The notes under the pieces: generated by a model
Database searches by the model: none
What the model was told of the DNA's origin: nothing
Seen by the model: only the letters and a program-made list of their open reading frames with translations
Assembly: GCA_937871295.1 (NCBI GenBank)
Contig: CALMRE010000159.1
Span: 1-63,519 of the forward strand
Direction: 5' to 3'
DNA length: 63,519 nt
From: an uncultured bacterium
GTDB lineage: Bacteria; UBP6; UBA1177; JAKLFG01
Shown: positions 9,235 to 18,426 of the stretch, one piece after another
How the letters are laid out: each line of letters starts with the position of its first letter
Numbering within the stretch: the first letter of the stretch is position 1
Translations under genes and position numbers: made by a program

Positions 9235-12147
9235 TCATTCTTCGCTCTCCTCGGCATCGGCCTGATCGCTACCGGCCGGATAGTGGATATATCTGACGGC
9301 GGATCCGATCCGCTCACGGTCGAGTCCCTTGACCAGCACCGTTATCTTGTTGGTCTTCTCGCGGAACCTGAGCGGCACGGTGAACTCTCTGCGGGTCTCG
9401 CCGGCGGCGATCCGGTAGTAGAAGACCTTCTTGTTGTTCTGGTAGGCGAAGATATCCTGCACCTCGTCGCCCGACACGGTGAACACGATGCGGCCGTCGG
9501 CCGAGGCGCTGACAAGCGGCGACCGGTCGAGCACGATGCCGGGCATGGCGATGCCATACTGCCGTTTCAGGGAGAGCGCCGCAGTAAGCGGATCGGCGGT
9601 CGCCGCGGCTTGGCCGCTGCGGACCCAGTAGCCGCCTTCGAGCCGCACCGCCTCCTCTCCACACCGGCCGGTGGTGCGCACGACCATCGCGCCGGAGGCC
9701 ACCGCGACCGGCGTCCGGAAACGGATATCGGGATACAGTGCGGTGTCTGCCTTCAGCAGGACCGGCCCCGCTCCCTTCTCTTCGTAACGGCATGAATGAT
9801 CGCGGGGAACGAAGGGGATCGAGAAACCGGCCGAATATTTGGTCTTGTAGTCGTACAACGAAACGGCCAGAGCGATGCGCGCCTTCTCCGACGGCAGGGC
9901 GGCGATCTTGAAGGTGAAGGAGACCTCCTTTTCCTCGCCCGCCTTGAGCACTATGGTCTCACTGCCTTTGCTGATGAAAAGTTCGGGGCTGTTGTTGACA
10001 TTGATGAGTTGCAGGCGACCGTCGAGGATCGCACCCTTACCGGTGTTCTTGAGGGCGATACGGGCCGTTATCTGCTCGCCCTCCTCAACCAGCCCGTTAA
10101 TCGACCCCATGCTCTCCTCGGCCAACAGCGAGAAAAGCACTTCGGGCATCTCCATCGGCAGTGTCTCCAGTTCGATGTGTTCGCTTTTGAGAACGGAACG
10201 GAAACTGTCTACGGAAAGGTCGAGTCGGACCGGCTGACGGCGCCACGGCATGTGTTCGGGGATCGTGACCGGCACGGTCCGTTCCACGGAGCCGGAGAAG
10301 GAACCGAATGGTATCTCGAGATTGCGCAGGAACGGGATATCGGTGTCGAACGCGGCGACAAGGTTGTCCACGGCGCCCGGATAGGCGGCGCGGAAAGTGA
10401 GTTTGTTTTCCTTCCCCGCCTTAAGCGGCGCCCCCGAAACGAGTTCTATCTTCAGCTCTCCCGGTTTGATCGTCGCCGCGGCGGCGACCTTTTTCCACGG
10501 AATGCCCATTTTCTCTAGTTTGCCGGTGAGGACCGCCATCTGATCGTCGCGCAGGCGTTCGGCCGACGCGGCCACCGGCTCCTTCCGGCCAAGGCGCAGT
10601 TTCACGAAATCCATCGTCAACTGGATCTCCTCATCGTTCTTGAAAACGCCCACTTTTTCGCGCCGGCTTTCCTTGTGCAGTTCGTCGGGGGTCTTGTAGG
10701 GCTTGAAATAGTATATCGTCATAAGCGGTCGTTCGAGTTCCTTGGGCACGTAGGCGCTGACGAGATGCTCCTTGAGATCTTTCTCTCCCATGATGTTCGA
10801 TCGGGTCTTGAAGAGGCTCAGTTTGCGCGGATCGGCATAACTGGGCTGATACTCGATATCGGGCTCGACGCCGATGGTCTGTATCGAGATGTCGCCGGGT
10901 GTCAGGTACTGCGCGATGGTGAGTTTGAGGCCGCCGCCGCGCGGTATGCGGAACAGGTTCTGCACCGAGCCTTTGCCGAAGGTACGCCGTCCGACGATGG
11001 TGGCGCGGCCGTTCTTTTTGAGCGCCGCAGCGACGATCTCGGTAGCCGAGGCGGAGCCTTCGTTGACGATGGCGACCATCGGAATGTCGAGGATGTCATG
11101 GCCCTCGCGCGATGCCTCGGAAACGTCCTTGCCCTCTTCGCCGACGGTCGAAACGATGACGCCCCGGTCGAGGAACAGGTCCGATATTTTGATCGCCTGC
11201 GTCAGCAGACCGCCCGAATTGTTGCGCATATCGAGTATGAGCGCCTTCATCCCCTTTTTCTTGAGATCGGCGAGCGATTCGGCGAATTGCGCGTAGGTGT
11301 TCTCCATGAAGCCGGTCAGCTTTATGTAGCCGATCCCCTTCTCGGGCATCGCGGCGATGACCGACTGTATCTTGATCACCGCCCGTTCGAGTTCGAACTT
11401 GATCACCGCGGGCGCCCCTTTGCGCTTGATGTACAGCGACACCTTCGTCCCCGGCTCGCCGCGCATCCGTTCGACCGCCTTGTTGAGCGCCATATTCACG
11501 GCCGACTCGTCGTTTATCTGCACGATGATGTCGCCCGAAAGGATGCCGGCGCGGTCGGCCGGGGTGCCGTCTATCGGCGACACGACCGTTATCTCGCCGT
11601 CCTCGTTGGTCTGTATCACGATGCCCAGTCCGCCGAAATTGCCTTCGGTCGACGAGGTGAATTCCTCGAACTCCTTCGGCGTGAAGATGTAGCTGTGGGG
11701 ATCAAGCCGCCGGAGGAAGCCGTTGATGGCGACATATTCGATATCGCCGATCTCGCGGTCGCCTTCCGGTTTATAATCTTTTTCCAGATGAGCGTAGACC
11801 TGCCGCAGGACGATGGCGATATCCCACAGGTCCTTCATCCGTTTGACCTCGACGATATACTGCTTGTTGTATATCTGGAGAGAGACTTGTTTCGTCTCGC
11901 GGTCATAGCGGGTCACGATCTCGGCGAACTCCTCCTGTATGGCGTCCAGCGCTTTTTCCAGCAGATCGTCGGGCCGCAGTTTCGCCTTGTCGAGGTAGCG
12001 GTTCTGTATCGCGTGGAGGGCGAAGAGGGTCACCTCGGCCTGCGAAAGCGAGTTCCCCTTCGAGGTGGAGAAGAGGCGGTCGAAGATGTCGCCATGGAGC
12101 ACTATGGCGAAAAAGAGCAGAACAAGCAGAACGACATTTTTATACAT
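9235..12147 (-). CDS. Carboxyl-terminal processing protease (S41 family, PDZ domain) with a long unassigned C-terminal extension
   Basis: PDZ: GGLGIVIQ..GTPADRAGILSGDIIVQIND. S41 blocks LILDMRNNSGGLL and TFGKGSVQ. ATG 12147 is preferred over TTG 12174. About 530 aa follow the peptidase core. Confidence 0.88.
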   Translation of the reverse strand: MYKNVVLLVLLFFAIVLHGDIFDRLFSTSKGNSLSQAEVTLFALHAIQNRYLDKAKLRPDDLLEKALDAIQEEFAEIVTRYDRETKQVSLQIYNKQYIVEVKRMKDLWDIAIVLRQVYAHLEKDYKPEGDREIGDIEYVAINGFLRRLDPHSYIFTPKEFEEFTSSTEGNFGGLGIVIQTNEDGEITVVSPIDGTPADRAGILSGDIIVQINDESAVNMALNKAVERMRGEPGTKVSLYIKRKGAPAVIKFELERAVIKIQSVIAAMPEKGIGYIKLTGFMENTYAQFAESLADLKKKGMKALILDMRNNSGGLLTQAIKISDLFLDRGVIVSTVGEEGKDVSEASREGHDILDIPMVAIVNEGSASATEIVAAALKKNGRATIVGRRTFGKGSVQNLFRIPRGGGLKLTIAQYLTPGDISIQTIGVEPDIEYQPSYADPRKLSLFKTRSNIMGEKDLKEHLVSAYVPKELERPLMTIYYFKPYKTPDELHKESRREKVGVFKNDEEIQLTMDFVKLRLGRKEPVAASAERLRDDQMAVLTGKLEKMGIPWKKVAAAATIKPGELKIELVSGAPLKAGKENKLTFRAAYPGAVDNLVAAFDTDIPFLRNLEIPFGSFSGSVERTVPVTIPEHMPWRRQPVRLDLSVDSFRSVLKSEHIELETLPMEMPEVLFSLLAEESMGSINGLVEEGEQITARIALKNTGKGAILDGRLQLINVNNSPELFISKGSETIVLKAGEEKEVSFTFKIAALPSEKARIALAVSLYDYKTKYSAGFSIPFVPRDHSCRYEEKGAGPVLLKADTALYPDIRFRTPVAVASGAMVVRTTGRCGEEAVRLEGGYWVRSGQAAATADPLTAALSLKRQYGIAMPGIVLDRSPLVSASADGRIVFTVSGDEVQDIFAYQNNKKVFYYRIAAGETRREFTVPLRFREKTNKITVLVKGLDRERIGSAVRYIHYPAGSDQADAEESEE

Positions 12148-12185
12148 TTCCCGTTTTTCCTCGCGTAACCGCAAGCCTTGTTTCT

Positions 12186-12584
12186 CTACGACAGGTCGGC
12201 ATCGAAGAAGATCGGTTCTTTTTTCTTGATGAACTCTTCGATGAGCATTCGCTGTTCTTCGGTCATGTCTATGAACTGAAGTCCCATCCCCGGCTCGGCA
12301 TCGGCCAGTTTGAGCGGGTTGCTCTCGCGGATCCAGGCAACTTTCACCAATACGGGGATATCACGCCCCTCAAGGGAGAGGGAAAGGTTGAACTCGGTGC
12401 CGATGGGATAGAACTGGTGGGTCGCGACGAACAGGCCGCCCGCGCTGATGTCTTCGGTGAAGCCGCGGAAGAAATTATGAGCGCCGGTCAGCGTTACTTC
12501 GATGTTCACTGAAACGCGCGGACCGGAGCGCTGGCGCGAGAATACCACACCGTCCGGCTGTTTTTCATCATATTCCGGTGTCAC
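12186..12584 (-). CDS. PilZ domain protein (c-di-GMP receptor type)
   Basis: RSGPR (RxxxR) and DISAGG (DxSxxG) motifs, 132 aa. Resembles the TIGR02266-type PilZ paralogs of Myxococcus. Confidence 0.8.
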   Translation of the reverse strand: MTPEYDEKQPDGVVFSRQRSGPRVSVNIEVTLTGAHNFFRGFTEDISAGGLFVATHQFYPIGTEFNLSLSLEGRDIPVLVKVAWIRESNPLKLADAEPGMGLQFIDMTEEQRMLIEEFIKKKEPIFFDADLS

Positions 12585-12620
12585 AAGCGATCTCCTTCAG
12601 GATAAAAACATAGGTCGATA

Positions 12621-14102
12621 TCAGTCTTGGATTATTTTGAATTCAACGCGGCGATTCTGCGCGCGTCCTTTTTCGGTGCGGTTGGGCGCTATCGGCTTGT
12701 CGGGACCGAACCCGACCGCCTCGAGTTTCGCCCCGTCGACCCCTTCGTCGATGAGGAATTCGCGCACCGAATCGGCGCGGGACTGAGAGAGTTTCACATT
12801 GAGGCTGCGGTTCCCGACATTGTCGGTGTGACCCTCTATCATCACCTTCTTGATGCTCGGCACACTCTTGATGGCGTCAGCGACCTCCTTAAGCATGGCG
12901 TACGACTTCTTATCGATGACCGCCTTGCCGGTGGTGAAGAAGACCGTCTGCTTGAGTTCTATTTTCTGCGCCGTCACCACGATGAGTTTATATTTCTTCG
13001 GACAGCCCTGTTCCTCTATCGGTCCCGGTTCGTTCGGACATTTATCGTCCTTGTCGGCGAGCCCGTCACCATCGGCGTCGACCGATGGGCAACCGTGCGT
13101 TTCGGGTTTGCCCGCCTCGTTGGGACACTTGTCTTCGGCGTCGGGCAGGCCATCCTTGTCATTATCGGCCTCGGGACAGCCGTCGGCGTCCTCAAAGTTA
13201 TCCTTGTCCTCCGCATCATTGACGCAATTGTCGACCACATCGGGCACGCCGTCCTTGTCGGTGTCGAGCACCGGACAGCCGAAGTTCTTTATGACGCCCT
13301 TGTCGTCGGGACATTTGTCGTTCTCGTCAAGGATGCCGTCCTTGTCGTTGTCGGTTTCGGGACACCCGTCCTGATCCTCGAAGTTATCCTTGTCCTCCGG
13401 CTCGGTCGGACACTTGTCTATCTCGTCGGGAATGCCGTCGTTATCCTTGTCGTTGACCGGACAGCCTTGATTAGAGGCCGGACCGGCATTGTCGGGGCAC
13501 TTGTCCAATTCATCGAGTATGCCGTCCTTGTCGTTATCGGTGTCGGGACAGCCGTCCTCATCCTGGAAGTTGTCGCGGTCCTCGGGATCGAACGGACAGC
13601 GGTCCTTGTTGTCGGGGATGAGGTCCTTGTCACCGTCTGCCGCCGGCGGACAGCCGCCCAGTTCCCGGATGCCCGGAACGGTGGGGCACTTGTCGTCCTT
13701 GTCGAGTATCGCGTCGCCGTCGGTATCGGGACAGCCGTCGTATTTCACGGGGCCCGGCTGCAGGGGGCACCGGTCCACGGCATCGGCGACACCATCGGCG
13801 TCCTTGTCGTGCGGGATGCAGGAATCGGCCTTCTTCGTGGCGATCTCGGCGTACTTCTTCTCGCGCAGGAGATGTTCCTCGGCGATGTGATAGTTCCCCG
13901 CATCGAGTTCCGCCTGAGCCGCGGCGACCTCTACCCGCGCCATCGCCAGATCGTAGGGGACGCACATCCGGGCGCCGCGCTTTTCGTCCACCGAAAGACG
14001 GGATTCCTCGACCTTTATCTCGTTCTGTATCTTGTCTCCGGTCACGCAGGATAGAAGAAGCAAGGCTCCGAAGGCCGCGATGAGGAGCAGTGTGTATCTC
14101 AT
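12621..14102 (-). CDS. OmpA-family lipoprotein with thrombospondin type-3-like Ca-binding repeats
   Basis: Lipobox LLLLSC. Multiple D.DxDG(I/V/L)(P/L)D..D.CP repeats. C-terminal OmpA/MotB domain (IEGHTDNVGNRSLNVKLSQSRADSV, NRRVEF). Confidence 0.9.
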   Translation of the reverse strand: MRYTLLLIAAFGALLLLSCVTGDKIQNEIKVEESRLSVDEKRGARMCVPYDLAMARVEVAAAQAELDAGNYHIAEEHLLREKKYAEIATKKADSCIPHDKDADGVADAVDRCPLQPGPVKYDGCPDTDGDAILDKDDKCPTVPGIRELGGCPPAADGDKDLIPDNKDRCPFDPEDRDNFQDEDGCPDTDNDKDGILDELDKCPDNAGPASNQGCPVNDKDNDGIPDEIDKCPTEPEDKDNFEDQDGCPETDNDKDGILDENDKCPDDKGVIKNFGCPVLDTDKDGVPDVVDNCVNDAEDKDNFEDADGCPEADNDKDGLPDAEDKCPNEAGKPETHGCPSVDADGDGLADKDDKCPNEPGPIEEQGCPKKYKLIVVTAQKIELKQTVFFTTGKAVIDKKSYAMLKEVADAIKSVPSIKKVMIEGHTDNVGNRSLNVKLSQSRADSVREFLIDEGVDGAKLEAVGFGPDKPIAPNRTEKGRAQNRRVEFKIIQD

Positions 14103-14941
14103 TTCACGCCTCCCGCTCCGCCTTGATTCTTTTCCTCGGCCTCCCGTTTGAGCCGCTCATACAGTTCGTAGTAACTTTCCTCTTTCTTTTTCTTCGTATC
14201 GTCCTTTTTCTCTTCTTTTTTCTCTTCCTTTTTCTCCTCCGCCTTCACCGGAGCCGGAGCCGGTTTTGTCGGTTCGACCTTCGGCGCCGGAGCCGGCGCG
14301 GGCGCCGGAGCCGGCTTGGCTGCGGGAACGGGGACCGGCGCCGGTTTCGGCGCGGGCAGAGGGGCGGGAGCGGCCGGCTGGGGAGCAGGCGCGGGCTTGG
14401 CCGTCGGGGCCGGTTTCGGGGCCGGGGCCGGTTTCGGGGCCGGGACCGGTTTCGGCGCGGGCGCCGGCTTGACCGCCGGGGCCGGTTTCGGGGCCGGCGC
14501 GGGGGCCGTTTCGGTCGCGGGCGAACTCTGGGGGCGCTCCTCTCCCGGACCGGGGACCGGTATCGCGCTCAACGCAACGATCGCCTTGCCGGCGTATTCC
14601 TTCGCCTGTTCGGCCATCGCGCGCGCTTTCTCATGTTCGCTTTTCGATTGCAGGTCGCGCGCCTTGGCCGTGAGTCCGTCGGCCATATAGAAGAAGTAGA
14701 GCGGATCGCGATCCTCTTTCTTTTCCACGAAAGCGACCGCCTCCTTCGAGAGCGAGCGGTTCCCGAAGCGGTCCTTCACGACCAGCCGGGAGTCCTGGAA
14801 TGTGCCCTCTATCCGTTTGAGCGCGTCATCGCGGGCCGCGTCGGCATCGCGTATCGCCGAGACCGACTGTATGGTGCCGCACGAGGCCGCCACGACCGTG
14901 GCAACGAAAATCACCAGTAGTCCCAAAGCGTTACATCTCAT
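14099..14941 (-). CDS. Lipoprotein with a long Pro/Ala/Lys repeat spacer and Lys/Glu tail
   Basis: ATG 14941 gives MRCNALGLLVIFVATVVAASC (lipobox). Helical N-terminal domain, then (PAPKPA)n-like tract, then EEKKEEKKEEKKDD. Stop overlaps the OmpA start (ATGA at 14099-14102). Confidence 0.7.
   Translation of the reverse strand: MRCNALGLLVIFVATVVAASCGTIQSVSAIRDADAARDDALKRIEGTFQDSRLVVKDRFGNRSLSKEAVAFVEKKEDRDPLYFFYMADGLTAKARDLQSKSEHEKARAMAEQAKEYAGKAIVALSAIPVPGPGEERPQSSPATETAPAPAPKPAPAVKPAPAPKPVPAPKPAPAPKPAPTAKPAPAPQPAAPAPLPAPKPAPVPVPAAKPAPAPAPAPAPKVEPTKPAPAPVKAEEKKEEKKEEKKDDTKKKKEESYYELYERLKREAEEKNQGGAGGVK
14245..14520. repeat. Degenerate tandem GC-rich coding repeat (Pro-Ala-Lys tract)
   Basis: Reiterated GGGGCCGGTTTCGG-type units, for example gccggtttcggggccggggccggtttcggggccgggaccggtttcgg. 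Encodes the PAPKPAPA.. tract on the minus strand. Confidence 0.7.
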
Positions 14942-15018
14942 GTCACCCTCGTAAGAAACCAAGTAAGGCGACACTATCAGAAAATGGCGGCCGAGTCAAG
15001 TTCTACGCGGGGGATCCG

Positions 15019-17619
15019 CTAAAAATTTATCCAGTTCTTGTATTCGAGGTAGGGGCGCAGCCAATCGCGCGATTCAAGCCGCTGTTCCTCGAAGAAAAGG
15101 AAGTACGATTTCATGATGGGGAAGTCCATTCCCTGCGTCGCCTGCAGGAACCCCTCCTCGATGAGCGATTCCCAGTCCTCGCCCGAGGCGAACTTGATCC
15201 TGCTCAGCAGGAGCATCACCTTCGCCTTGAAATAGGAGATGTTGTAACTCATGGCCAGTTCAAGCGCCCCTTCCAGCACCGCGATGGCATCGTTGTATTC
15301 GCGGCCTGCGATATGCACCTCGGCCAGTTTGCAGGCGGCCCGGATAAAGATGATGGTGGCCGGATCGTTGTCAAGGTCGGTCACCTCCTGCTGGTCGCGC
15401 GAACGGATGTCCTCCATGATGCGGAAGGCGCGCATGGCGAAGATCTTGGCGTCCTGTATATTGTCGGTCCGCAGCAGCAGATCGGTCATCCGGTCGATGA
15501 TCGATATCTCGTCCTCGTAGCAGCCCGCCCGGTGGAGTTGCTTGACCACGTCGACCACATCCTGTATGACGATCTTGTCGGTCTCGAGCAGGAACAGTTC
15601 TCCCTGCGCCACCAGTTGTATGTGCAGAAGTCCCTCTATCTTGGCGGTGTCGAACATCGTCTGCCAGAACAGGCGCGCCCACTGCGGATCGGAGAAACCC
15701 CACAGTTTCGCGTTCTTGAGTTCCAGATAGAGGCGGAAGTTCTTGTAATCCTGATTCTTGCCGAACGAGGAAAGTATCGACTGGTAACAACGCTGCGCCA
15801 GTTCGAAGAAACCCAGTTTCTCCATGTAGACGGCCGAGGAATAGAGGAACGAGTTGTACTTGCGTTCGGTGATGCCGCCGAGATTGAGATAACTGAGGAG
15901 CAGCCAGTGGCGGTTGATGCCCGCCATATCGGGAGCGGTCGAGAGCTTGAGGACCACGTCGCGGTAGAATTTGCGGTCATCGGCCTCGAGTTTGAAGGTC
16001 TTTTTAAGTATATGGACCATGGCCCGCGAGGTGAAGCGGTAAACATCCCCGTCGACCGTGAGGTATTGTTTGGCGACGAGCGTATCGAGCAGCGGTCCGC
16101 CATCTTCGAACAGCAGGCGCAGGAACGGCCCCGGCAACTGGTAGAGCGACAGCATCACCAGCCGGCGCAGCATCTGTGCCACCGCCGGCTCCAGCCGGGT
16201 GTAGCGCATCAGCACGAGTTCATCGAGCGTATCGGGGATCTTGAGATCGTCCGGTATCTTCTGGAAACGCCAACTGCCGCGCATATCGAAGATGAAGCCC
16301 AATTCAATGAGGAGGCGCAGGAGTTCCTGCGTGTAGAGAACGTTGTGCTCCGGTTTGTTGAGCACCTTCTCGATGTCGGCGGGCAGACGGGGCGTCTTGA
16401 GGAAGTCGCGCACCGTGGCAAGCCGCTCGGAATGGGGCACGCCCCCGAACCGGAACCGGTTCTCGTCGCGGACCAGTTCGGTGATCTGCGCCGATCGGTC
16501 GCATACGAACAGGACGGTGATGGGAATGTAGGCGAAGACCCGGCGGAGATTCTTAAAGAACCGCAGGGAGCGGAGGTTTATCTGCCCCGCGTTGTCGACG
16601 ATCCAGAGGACCGGCTTATTGCGGGCCGCCCAGTAACACATGAAGGCAAGGAGGTATTCAAGATCGTTCTTGGGCAGTTTCATCTGGACCGGGGCGAAAT
16701 TCAGGCATAAAAGGGCGGTAAGCGATTCGCGCTTCCCCTCCGGCAGCGTCCCGGCGAAGTATTTGTCCAGTTTTCCCCGCACCTGCTGGGGATCGGTCGT
16801 CCTGAGGTTGAGCACCGACCGGACCAGATGGGTGAACATCGTATAGTCGAAGTCGAAGGGATTGACGGTGCTGATCACTATGTTCACATCATTGAGCGCG
16901 TTCTGCTGGGAGAACTGTTCCACCGCAGCGGTGAACTGTCCCTTGCCCGATCCGGCAGGCGCCTCGATGGTGAAGAAACCGCCTTTCGAGGTAGCGAGCG
17001 CCCGGCTCATCGCGTCGAACAGAGCGGGGATCGCCGGATCGGTCACCTTCACCGCAACGGCGTCGGAAAGTTCCTGCAGCGATATGGCATAGGTGGTGTC
17101 CGAAAGGTAGGGATTCAGTTCCTGCCGGCTTTCGCGTATCGTCACCTCGCTGGCCTGCGGAGCGATATCGCCGGCGGCGTCGTTCTTTTCCTCCTCGACG
17201 GGAAGCGCCTCTTCCTCGACCGCGACCGCCGGTTCCTTCCCCTGCGGCGCTATTTCTATGGAAAAGTCGGTCCCCGCGAGCGTGTTGAGGTCGATCTCCA
17301 CCCCGCCGCCGTTGGCTGCCGGGGAGGGCGGTTCGGACTCGGGAGCGATGATCTCGGTCAGAGTGATGTGCCCGCGATCAAGGGACTGCGCGTTCTTTTT
17401 TTCCTTGGGAAGCGGCGCGGTCTTCTGGGGCGCCGCCTTTTTCACCGCCCTGTCGCCGCCGGAACGATCGGTCAGTTTGCCGCCGCAGGACATGCAGAAG
17501 TTGGCGCCGCGCTCATAGAGCAGTTTACACGAGGGGCAGACCTTCCCGAGGTCTCGACCGCATGCGGAGCACAGCTTGGCGTCATCCGGCACGGGTATCT
17601 GGCAGAAGAAGCAGTTCAT
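15019..17619 (-). CDS. Double zinc-ribbon + P-loop NTPase (STAND/AAA_16-like) + helical-repeat signalling protein
   Basis: N-terminus has four CxxC pairs (CFFC, CSAC, CPSC, CMSC). P-loop-like EAPAGSGKGQF with Gly at the usual Ser/Thr position. Walker-B-like VLWIVDNAG. About 400 aa of helical/TPR-like C-terminus. Confidence 0.6.
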   Translation of the reverse strand: MNCFFCQIPVPDDAKLCSACGRDLGKVCPSCKLLYERGANFCMSCGGKLTDRSGGDRAVKKAAPQKTAPLPKEKKNAQSLDRGHITLTEIIAPESEPPSPAANGGGVEIDLNTLAGTDFSIEIAPQGKEPAVAVEEEALPVEEEKNDAAGDIAPQASEVTIRESRQELNPYLSDTTYAISLQELSDAVAVKVTDPAIPALFDAMSRALATSKGGFFTIEAPAGSGKGQFTAAVEQFSQQNALNDVNIVISTVNPFDFDYTMFTHLVRSVLNLRTTDPQQVRGKLDKYFAGTLPEGKRESLTALLCLNFAPVQMKLPKNDLEYLLAFMCYWAARNKPVLWIVDNAGQINLRSLRFFKNLRRVFAYIPITVLFVCDRSAQITELVRDENRFRFGGVPHSERLATVRDFLKTPRLPADIEKVLNKPEHNVLYTQELLRLLIELGFIFDMRGSWRFQKIPDDLKIPDTLDELVLMRYTRLEPAVAQMLRRLVMLSLYQLPGPFLRLLFEDGGPLLDTLVAKQYLTVDGDVYRFTSRAMVHILKKTFKLEADDRKFYRDVVLKLSTAPDMAGINRHWLLLSYLNLGGITERKYNSFLYSSAVYMEKLGFFELAQRCYQSILSSFGKNQDYKNFRLYLELKNAKLWGFSDPQWARLFWQTMFDTAKIEGLLHIQLVAQGELFLLETDKIVIQDVVDVVKQLHRAGCYEDEISIIDRMTDLLLRTDNIQDAKIFAMRAFRIMEDIRSRDQQEVTDLDNDPATIIFIRAACKLAEVHIAGREYNDAIAVLEGALELAMSYNISYFKAKVMLLLSRIKFASGEDWESLIEEGFLQATQGMDFPIMKSYFLFFEEQRLESRDWLRPYLEYKNWINF

Positions 17620-17692
17620 ACGCTGTTTCTACGGGTCCGTTTCCCTTCAATAGCGGGTCATCGTAGCGATTTTGGCCTGCTTTGTCAAATAA

Positions 17693-18403
17693 TCAGCGTG
17701 AATCGGTCGCACCCGCCGTCGCCGCCCGTTCGGCGATATCCCACTGCGCGTCGACCGGCCCCTGCACGGCGCGTATCGTCGCCTCCGCGCGGTCGATCAA
17801 GCCCGGATCGGCGCGGAACGACAGTCGCGCCAACAGCGTGACCGAAAGACCCTCCGGCAGGGCGCCGGCGCAATCGGCGGCAAAGGAAAAATCGGATCCT
17901 CTCACGGTGTCGATCTCGTAGCGGCAGGAGAAACGCCCGTCGCAGAAGTCGATACGCCACACCTGTCCGGGAAAGACCGGCCGCGACGGCAAGGCATAGA
18001 AAAAACGGCGGAGCGCCATCGGGTAGAGCGGACTTACGGCAACGGGACAACGGTCACCGGCGGGAACGGCGGTAAAGGAGCGATCGAAGCGATCTCCCGA
18101 CACCAGCCCGCGGAGCCGCTCATCGAAAAGCGCGCCCTTCTCCACCCGGCCGGTCAGACGGAGCGTCCCCTCTTCACGCAGGAAATGCTGTTCCAGCAGA
18201 TAATGATTGGAAAGTCCGAGGGTCGTTCCGGAACGGTAGGTCAGCGTCCCCTTTTCGGTCACCTCGGTCGTAACGGAGCAGTCGTCGCACCACGCAGGAG
18301 CGGTTGCGGCATGGCGATAGCGCAACGCCGCAGCCGTGACCGCCGCGACCGTGGCGACGAAAAACAGGACCTGTCCGGCACGTTTCCAGCGTTGCGGCAG
18401 CAT
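17693..18403 (-). CDS. Hypothetical membrane-anchored protein
   Basis: N-terminal hydrophobic helix (VLFFVATVAAVTAAAL). High-GC codon usage consistent with neighbours. No family recognised. Confidence 0.5.
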   Translation of the reverse strand: MLPQRWKRAGQVLFFVATVAAVTAAALRYRHAATAPAWCDDCSVTTEVTEKGTLTYRSGTTLGLSNHYLLEQHFLREEGTLRLTGRVEKGALFDERLRGLVSGDRFDRSFTAVPAGDRCPVAVSPLYPMALRRFFYALPSRPVFPGQVWRIDFCDGRFSCRYEIDTVRGSDFSFAADCAGALPEGLSVTLLARLSFRADPGLIDRAEATIRAVQGPVDAQWDIAERAATAGATDSR

Positions 18404-18426
18404 CGGTTCTCCGGGGCGAAAAGGGA

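Noticed and set aside
10675-16710. Long plus-strand ORFs 10675-12168, 12627-14054, 14090-14920 and 15313-16710.
   Set aside because: All are antisense to minus-strand genes with strong motifs (Ctp, OmpA, the PA-repeat lipoprotein and the STAND-like protein). Their products are Arg/Gly/Val/Leu low-complexity sequence.
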